DNA of 64,000 nt from Eledone cirrhosa (Eukaryota), in the NCBI GenBank assembly GCA_964016885.1, contig OZ024750.1, forward strand, positions 6,386,001-6,450,000. The letters run 5' to 3'. Each line of letters opens with the position of its first letter. Position 1 is the first letter of the stretch. The position numbers were made by a program, and so were the translations under genes. Positions 55,234 through 64,000 of the stretch are shown here, piece after piece. The notes beneath the pieces were generated by a model. That model made no database searches, had not been told where the DNA came from, and was given only the letters and a program-made list of their open reading frames with translations.

Positions 55234-56769
55234 AATTGAAGAGTGCGTAGAAGAAACACAAAAGCGAAACTAGGTGGAGAAAAATAGAGTGCATAAATAA
55301 ATGTATTCAGTTTAACCCCGATTTTCTACTAAAGGGTTCTTTAAGTGTACATAAATACCCTTGAAATCTCTAAGGAGTAGAGTGAGTAAGTGGGGAAATA
55401 TCACGTTACCTAAACATATTTATTAATTAATGATGCACGAAACAGCGTCTGTTACATAATCTTAAATGTATAAATGGTAAACAATACATTTTAAACATGG
55501 TTGTGATGTGCAATCTAATACTCACAGACAACTGTAAACAGATAAGTTTTCAAAACTCGGGATGAAGAGAGCTGGAAGAAATACTGCAAAGCATCTCGTG
55601 CTACACTGTAATAATTCATTGCCCTGGGTTTAGTACTTGATTTTTAACTACATCGACAGGAGTTGACTTCGGTGTAATTTGAACTCTGATTGCAGAAAGC
55701 CGGAACTAATATGACAAAGTATTTTGATTCATACTCTAACGACACTGCCATCACACCTTGTACACACACATACACACACACACACACAGACAGATACAGA
55801 TACACACACACTGGTATTTTTCGCGCTTTCTTACTTGGCGGCGATTTTAAAGTATCAAAAAAATGTATCTCCATATTGATTTCGTCATAATTTTTATTAT
55901 GGTCACCAACATTATCAGTATAATTATTATTATTAGTAGTAGTATAATTATTACTATTATCATTATTTTTATTATTATCATTCTTTCACGTTTAACTGAA
56001 CCTTCACTTCCTGAGTGAATTATAATAATGATTATTTTTACTCTCCTTAATATTAATTAAATTTGAACTCTCTTCACTGTTTCTAAAAATCAATTTCTCT
56101 CAAGTATTTTTCCATTTAAGCAATAACAACCACATTAGAGGCTTTCCATTTCTTGATTATTTTGACATTTTCTCATAGTTAAAGGAATATTGCATTCTGG
56201 GATTCATTTCTGATGCAATGTGTATTTCCTTTTCTAATGATTTTTATTTTCTACACATTTTTTCTTTTTTGTTGTTCTTCATATTCTTAATTTCTGTTAT
56301 CAATACAAACTTTGATGTTTTTGATTTTTTTTTTCCCTATATATTTTTTATTTCTATTTTATTTATGTATTTATTATTATTATTATTATTATTGTTTTTT
56401 GTTGTTGTTGTTGGGGTTTTTTGTTTTTTTTTTGCGAGTCTGATATGATTCTAGCTAGTCTGGTGCTTTGACATTTGTAGCAATAAAACACTTAATATGT
56501 CAGCAGTTGCCATGTTTACGTGGTGGGGTTGCTATCGTTGACTCCCCAACCACTGCAAATGAGAGACACTGAATGGTGTTTACCACTCACCATTCCTGTA
56601 ACTGTAAGCCATTGAACAGTGAAGACACATCCCCCAAAAAAAATTTATTTTCGAGAGAAATAAGAGACAAGCGACAATCACGAGTTATTGCTGTTTGTCT
56701 CTATTTCTCGAATATATCTTGTGTATGTATGTATATATATATATATACACGCGTATATGTATATAAACA

Positions 56770-56814
<45 letters not shown>

Positions 56815-56923
56815 CTATATGTATATAAACACGCACATATATATATATATATATATATACACCTATATGTATATAAACACGCACATATATATATATATAT
56901 ATACACGTATATGTATATACACA

Positions 56924-56971
<48 letters not shown>

Positions 56972-57808
56972 TATATGTATATACACACGCACATATATAT
57001 ATACACATATATATGTGTACATACACGCACATTTTGTGTACGTATATCATTCTGTGTGGCTGGGTATATAATTCTGTGAGTGTTGGTAAGTTTTATGTGA
57101 TTGTCTTTATATGTTCGTAAATGTTTTAAGAAAATTATCTTCCCATATTATTGCTTTAACATTAATAAAATAGCAGCCAATTTAATAAGGCTCTTCAACG
57201 TAAATGGCCATTCTGATTTAAGAACTTCTTTCAAGAAGAATAAATTGTTCATGTTTCCTGGTATGACGATTTGTGACCAAACAGCACAACAATTATCTGA
57301 AATTGAAATAAACAAGGCTTTATGATTTTTTAGTAGAAGGAATATAATGAAAAAATGTGATAATGAAGGCTTCTTCCGTTTGTTAAAACGGTTTTAAAAG
57401 CAGAAGAAAATATATGGTTAGTTGGGAACCATTGTGAGGAAATAGTCCGTATTATTCCGAAATTATATGAGGCGAAATAGAAGACGTTGCCATCATGACG
57501 ATAAATTGAGATAGAATTGCAAATAAAAATAAGACCATTCCCGTTATGACCAATTTAATTCCTTTACGTTGCTAATATTATTGAACAAGGCATGAATATC
57601 ATTCAATCGTATATTTCTTGCTTTATAATGTTTTTACAAGACATCAATGTTTTGTCTTTTTATATGATTGTATGGGATGAAACACTTCCATATTAAATAG
57701 CTATTTTCTTTTATTTTTTATATTCCTAACACCATTTATGTAACAAACAACCACAGCCACAACAACAAGTCGCTATACAATTAAACGTAGAGAGGTGGTT
57801 TGTTTTTA

Positions 57809-57842
<34 letters not shown>

Positions 57843-58706
57843 TTTTGTCTCCTTTATAGCCATTTTCAGTCATGCAAATAATAGATTAATCGTGGTCTGT
57901 ATTATATTCTGTTAGATCGGTGACAACCTCCAGTCGCATGGATGTATTCTTAAACCAGGTGACAAATTAAATAAAAAGCAAACAAACTAAAACAACAATT
58001 GTGTGAAGAGACATTTTCCAAATTGATATAAATAGATAGAACGAAGGATATAAAAGATGTAGAGGTGGGGAAGGGGAAGTTGGGATATAAATGGAAGAGA
58101 CTAGAGATTTATTAAGTGGTTGTTGAAGATCCCACTTCTTTTAGATAACTGTTTAATATAACACTAAATTTCTACTTTCAATCTATTTAAAATTTCAGTG
58201 AAGCAATTAACTTCTCCCCAAATGTCATTCATAAATAACTACCAGAATCACCAAGAATATATTAGGTAGTCTTTCACTACTACTACTACTACTACTGCCA
58301 CTACTACTTCTACTACTACTACCATTATATTTTTTATTTTATTATTATTACTATTATCATCATCATCATCACTATACATGTGTCCGTTAAGTGGTTTGGG
58401 TCATCTATGTCATTGAGAGTGGTTGGTAATTGGCTACAAAAGTGTTGATAGTGAACAGATGCCTCTTATCTTTTCACATGGTTCTTTGTAATCACTGTAA
58501 ATAACCCCACACCCTACAACTGGCCAAACCTACAGAGCACGTGGTGATTACAGATATTTCCAAATAAACAAAATGCTTTTTGTTAATTATTTTTTTTCTT
58601 CTAGCAAATAGGGAGGTGTTTCATTTTCTTTTTTTTTCTTTCTTTTTATTGCTAGAAATGTTGTAGATGCAGTATAACGGATTTGGAGGAAATAGTCAAA
58701 ATAATA

Positions 58707-58833
58707 AATGATTCTACTTTTGGCACAAGGCCAGCAATTATCCTAGTGCATTACTGGTACTTTATTTTATCGACCCCTTAAAGATGAAAGGCAAAGTTAA
58801 CTTCGGCGGGATTTGAACTCAGATCATAAAGGG
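58707..58833 (-). mobile_element. SINE family 1, 5'-truncated
   Basis: Consensus match. Confidence 0.88.
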
Positions 58834-59577
58834 AATACTTGCCTGTATGTGTTTCTGAGGCCGAATGATGACATTCGATCTATGATAAAATCCCATCGCA
58901 AAGAAAAATAAGTCTATTCCTTCTGATACTTGTTTTGTTTTCCACGAAGACATAACAGCCAATTCTCCCTCAAATCCTACTCTATCAGCTTAAAAAAATG
59001 AGAAAGATGTCTTGGATAATGTAGCTGTAGAAAAGTTGGATTGGTCACGTTTAGAATGACTTTCATCAACATTCTACTTAATCGAGGCTGACCTAGGGCT
59101 AAACAACAACAACAACAACAACAGTTGCTGGCAAATTCATGAACTCACGTTGTTTAATTCTCTAATGGAATCTTTTGTGATTCTGGATAGTTGTTTAATG
59201 GAAATATAAATTTTTTCCAGCCCCATTTATATTGAAAATATACATTTAGAAAATGAAGCAATTAAATGGACTGGTTTTTGTTTTGTTTTTTAATGTCAAA
59301 ATTCATTATGTAAAACACAATTTATATTTGTGATCAATTATCAACAGTAATTAGTTCAATTTGTATCAATCACTATAGTTATTCTCACTTATTTTAAAGT
59401 ATAGTTCCTATATTACTCGCGTTTCTTTAATAATATACCTGTGTAGACTATTGAATATTTTATCATTTTTATTTATTCTAATTCAGACAGTTATTTACAT
59501 AGTTATGTTACACTGTTTGTTAAATATATTGTTTACTTTCGTCTGGTTGAGATAGTTTACGTATCTTAAACGTCAAT

Positions 59578-59617
<40 letters not shown>

Positions 59618-60598
59618 AAGAAACATATACACACACATACAAACACATTTCTTTAATGAGGACATGGGGAAAAGTATCTCGCACCTAACTATATCTCTCC
59701 AAAATCACTTGTGAAAAGAAAAAATATATATATATTTCAATGTTTCGTTTTTTTTGTTATTTTTTCTTTTCCCCGTCTTTTTTTTTTTCGTTTTTTTCAT
59801 GTTTTTCTGGGGTTTTTTCCTGTCTTTTTTTCGTTTTCTGTTTTTTTTTTATTTTCTGTTTTTTTTTCCTGTTTTTTTGTATTTTTTTTCTGTTTTTCTT
59901 TTCTTTTTTTTCTGTTTTTTAATTCTATTTTGTTTAGTCTCTCAGCAGTCATACCAAATTTGTAAATATTTTCTTTTCGTATTTTTCTAGATTCTTAAGG
60001 AATCGTAATACATTCTGCATGGGTTTTTTTTTTTTTTCATTTTTCTTTCATCTAAGAAAATCGATATATAGATATTGACTCAGTCATTTCTTTTTTTTTT
60101 TTCCTGAGACCTCTGATGTTTTTCTAATGATCAATCATGGCTTAGATGAAGGTGTAGAGGGCTGGTAGTCTAGAGCGCCAAAGGAAATGTCTCTTAGTAT
60201 TTAGGATTCGTTCGTCTTCGGTCAAAGTTCAAAAATAAGTTAGTACTAACTAACTTTCCATCTCATACATTCCTAATCGATAAAATCAAGGGATGTTGCA
60301 AAAGTTTTAAAATTCACTAATCTAATAATGCCAAAAATATCCCGCTTCAAAATTATAAATACACACATTCTTCACAGAATAAGAATAAAAGACATCATAT
60401 TAACGGTGGACTCTCTACGTAATCACTTGACCTACTAGATATAGCAGTCAAATCTTACCCCAAATTTCACACAACATTCTAAAGAAAATGTACATACCGT
60501 ATCTCTCTACTATTAAACATTCTTTCTAATTAAACACCCTGCATCTATAAAAGTAAAGTCTCGAAATCTGCTGTTTTATTAAATTATTATTACCTTAT

Positions 60599-60713
60599 TT
60601 CAAATCCCGCCGAGGTTAGCTTTGCCTTTCATCCTTACGGGGTCGATAAAATAAAGTACCAGTAATACACTGGGATAATTGTTGGCCTTGTGCCAAAAAG
60701 TAGAAACAATTAT
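60599..60713 (+). mobile_element. SINE family 1, 5'-truncated
   Basis: Consensus match. Confidence 0.88.
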
Positions 60714-60715
60714 TA

Positions 60716-60891
60716 CCGCATTTCCCGGCATCAAAGACGCTACTTTTTCCCTAAAATAAGTCTCAAAAGTCTACCATGCGTCCTGGAGGCCGAACGTTGT
60801 TTATTATTATTATTTTTTTTATCAAATTTTTGGTTGTCAAACTTAGGGTGCGTCCTCGAAGTCGAAGCGCACTCGGCCCCGGGAAATACAG
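60716..60891. mobile_element. pogo/Tigger-like MITE with TA target duplication
   Basis: TA|ccgcatttcccgg ... ccgggaaatacag|TA. Confidence 0.75.
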
Positions 60892-62389
60892 TACTTCTCA
60901 GCCCACCCTCGTATATATTATTATATTAAGTAATTTATGTTGAAGTCAGTACATTACCGGGGAGTTCCGATGACATCTGCTCAGTGTGCAACAGTATTTT
61001 ATATCCGTATTGGACTTCTTAGCTGCTCCCAGAGAAACCACCAGATTTCATGAAACAATTATCCTCAGTATGGACATTTTTTTTTTTTTGTATAATTATC
61101 TATTGTATTGTTGTAGAAGTCTTTCAGATATATTTATCTAAACATAAATCTTTCACATATGACATTCCTTTGAAAACAAAGAAAGTAATAACAAAACTCT
61201 AACTTAGTAGTAACATTTCTTACAGTTGATTATATTTTTAGATTAACGTCTTCAGACAGAACCTTAATTATCTGTCATATAATTAAATGTATAGAAATGA
61301 AATTTTCAACGAATCCTCATTTAACTTGTGTCATTTTTATGGTGTCATTATCGTGGTTCTTCTCTACTGATTAGTTTAAATTAACGTTTACTGTTTGCTA
61401 TTTAGCTTGATCACGCACATACAAACACACTCAGACACAGACACACACACTCAAACACACACACACTCAGACACACATACACACACTTATACCACATACC
61501 CAGACGCACAAACACCCACACACACACACACATAAGAGTGAGAGAGGTGGATAGGCGGTAAACACAGAGAAATCAGTATTTTATGCTAGAAATCAGATGC
61601 AAGCACACGCATACAGATAAACACACGCACACATTTACACAAATACACGCACACATTTACACAAACGCGCAGAAATATATATACACACACACACACACAT
61701 ACACATGTACATAAATACACGCACACCTTTACTCAAATATACACACAAACACACACACAAATACACACATGTACGCATACGCGCACACACATACACACTT
61801 CCTATGTATGAATTGAAGATCTTTCATTGTCGACAATAAAGTTTTTCATCTTTAGAATATCTCCTGGGATATAACTCTTCTTCATTAATTAATTTCTTGT
61901 CACAGCTGCTATCTTAGTTTGAAAGATTCATTTAAATACTATTGATATAGTTTTTTTTTTATTTTACGCAAAGAAAAATGACTTCATCTCACCGAAGGTC
62001 ACTCAACTTTCTTTCCTGAATACTAAATTCTGAACCACATCCCCTAAAATAATCATTTGGCCGCCCTTCTCTTGGATCTTAACAAACATTATAAGTAAGC
62101 CTGGCTTATTATATTAGGTTTGTCTTTCATGATCCCCACCAAACTACAAGGGCTGATTATAAAGCCGGTGCTTAACAGTGGATCTATAGCATTAACGGGG
62201 CTATTCTATAAATACCTTCTTTGAGTAAAAGGTAACATTCCATTGCAGGTAACGTTCACAGAACATCTGTGATACGTAAAATTGTCTGACTAAATATAAA
62301 CAAACACATGGGAGAAAGAATCAACTATGAACTTCTGACCCCCATGATTTGGCAGTATTAAACCTTTCTCATCCTATTCATTATGTATG

Positions 62390-62753
62390 GATAGTGGATT
62401 GTCCGTATCGCTTTTCAGCATAGTTACGTCCCTTTATGGTCTGAGTTCAAATCCCGCCGAGGTTAACTTTGCCTTTCGACCTTACGGGGTCGATAAAATA
62501 AAGTACCAGTAATGCACTGAGATAATTGCAGGCCTTGTGCCAAAAGTAAAAACAATTATTTAGGGCGGTGGATTGGCAGTATCGGTAGAGGGCAGGACGT
62601 CATGCTTTGACGCATAGAGTTACGGCCCTTTCCATTCTGAGTTCAAATCCGGCCGAAGTTAACTTTGTCTTTCATCCTTACGGGGTCGATAAAATAAAGT
62701 ACCAGTAATGCACTGGGTAATTGCTGGCCTTGTGCCAAAAGTAGAAACAATTA
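62390..62753 (+). mobile_element. Tandem pair of SINE family 1 copies (second is full length, 62563-62753)
   Basis: ggcggtggattggcagtatcggtagag...gagttcaaatcc...aaagtagaaacaattat. Confidence 0.9.
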
Positions 62754-63193
62754 TGCATATCAGCATGGGAGTAATAATTCGTTAGGACCAGTTATAGTTA
62801 ACTGAATCTACCGCAGCGTATTAATGACATTCATTTTATCGACCCTCGGAAGGATGAAAGTCAAAAATCTGCTCCGTGGAGGTTTGAAATTTTGGCGTAA
62901 ACAGAGGTAACTAAATATCACAAGACGTTTAGTCCAACATCCAGTCCTTCAAACCATAACATGTTTAGGGTAAGCTTTGTTCTTTTTCTGTTTTTTTCCT
63001 TCTATAAATATCGCTGCCACGTATCACTTCCAAGCAACACATAAGATAAGTCGGCCCTATCAGAACTTAATTCAAAACACGAAGTCCCTCAGGCTCGTAA
63101 GCTACCCCTCACATCTCTTTTCGCTCCGCCAGTGTATGTACGTGTGTACGTGTGTGTGTGTGTGTGTGCCCCTCACATCTCTTTTCGCGCCGC

Positions 63194-63233
<40 letters not shown>

Positions 63234-63349
63234 GTGGGATCGTATGTATGTATGGATGACTATGTGAGATAGATGTATGGACATTTGTGAGAAAGAGGCC
63301 TTTATTTGCTTTTCTTTAAATTTTTCGTTTAGCTTTTGTGTCCGACTTT

Positions 63350-64000
63350 CCTCTCTCCCTTCCTTCGACCGCGGGTTTCCTTCCCTTCCTCCTCCCGCTG
63401 TTTACCTCTCTCCCTCTCTCTCTATTTTTCTCCCGCACCTTCTCCTCTCCTTCTTTCTCTCTCTATTTTTCTCCCGCACCCTCTCCTCTCCTTTCTCTCT
63501 CTATTTTCTCCCTCCCCCTTCCCTTCTCTCTGTCTCTCTCTTTTTCTCCCCCACCCTTTCCTCTCCTTCCCTTTCTATCTCTTTCTCCCCCCACCTTTTC
63601 CTCTTTCTCTCCCTCACCCTTTTCCCCTCTCTCTATCTCCCCCTTTCCCCCCTCTCTCTATCTCTCTCTCCCCCTCTCCCAATAATCTTAATTCTTATAT
63701 TAATATATTATTCCGTCTCTTATATTTTATTATTCTTCACTAGAAGAAAGTCGTTTTTCCTAATTAAACAACCACATCAAATATTTTCCTTCGCTTCTTA
63801 TTCTTTTAATTATCTCCACCTCCTTCCCTTATCTCCACCTCCTCCTATTTATCTTCACCCAACTCCCTCCATTTTTTACTTTTGGTCTTCCGTTTATTTC
63901 TTCACTTTCATCTTTATCTTTCTCGCCTTTCTTTCTTCACACCTCCCCCTCCTCCACTTTTCCCCCCTCGTCGTCGACGTCCTTCTCCTTTCTTATCGTC
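63350..64000. repeat. Pyrimidine-rich low-complexity tract
   Basis: Direct reading. Confidence 0.85.

Noticed and set aside
57916-57958. Possible plus-strand micro-exon (IGDNLQSHGCILKP)
   Set aside because: The donor (gtgaca) is weak and there is no recognisable homology
62563-62660. tRNA-like box A/box B sequence as a tRNA gene
   Set aside because: It does not form a cloverleaf and continues into a multicopy SINE body

Overview
AT-rich, microsatellite-saturated eukaryotic non-coding DNA. The repeat landscape resembles an octopus/cephalopod intron or intergenic region (my inference). None of the supplied ORFs is a credible gene: nearly all are translations of simple repeats. The exception is a decayed RTE-clade LINE reverse-transcriptase fragment at about 42.0-42.2 kb, and there is also one weak 57-nt exon candidate. 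The window holds many SINE copies from at least 3 families (young copies have 14-17 bp target-site duplications), a few Tc1/mariner/pogo-type MITEs and several minisatellites. The main discovery is about 15 short elements embedded in (TA)n runs, from roughly 8 unrelated sequence families, that carry type I hammerhead ribozyme motifs (stem I - CUGANGA - stem II - GAAA - short, often palindromic stem III - NUH - stem I'). Many occur as head-to-head fold-back pairs, with one arm extended by a tail containing a shared ACTC...GAGT(G/A)C hairpin just beyond the symmetry boundary. This matches the pseudo-LTR and tail architecture of Penelope-like retroelements and retrozymes. All folds and alignments were made by eye and none has been tested computationally.
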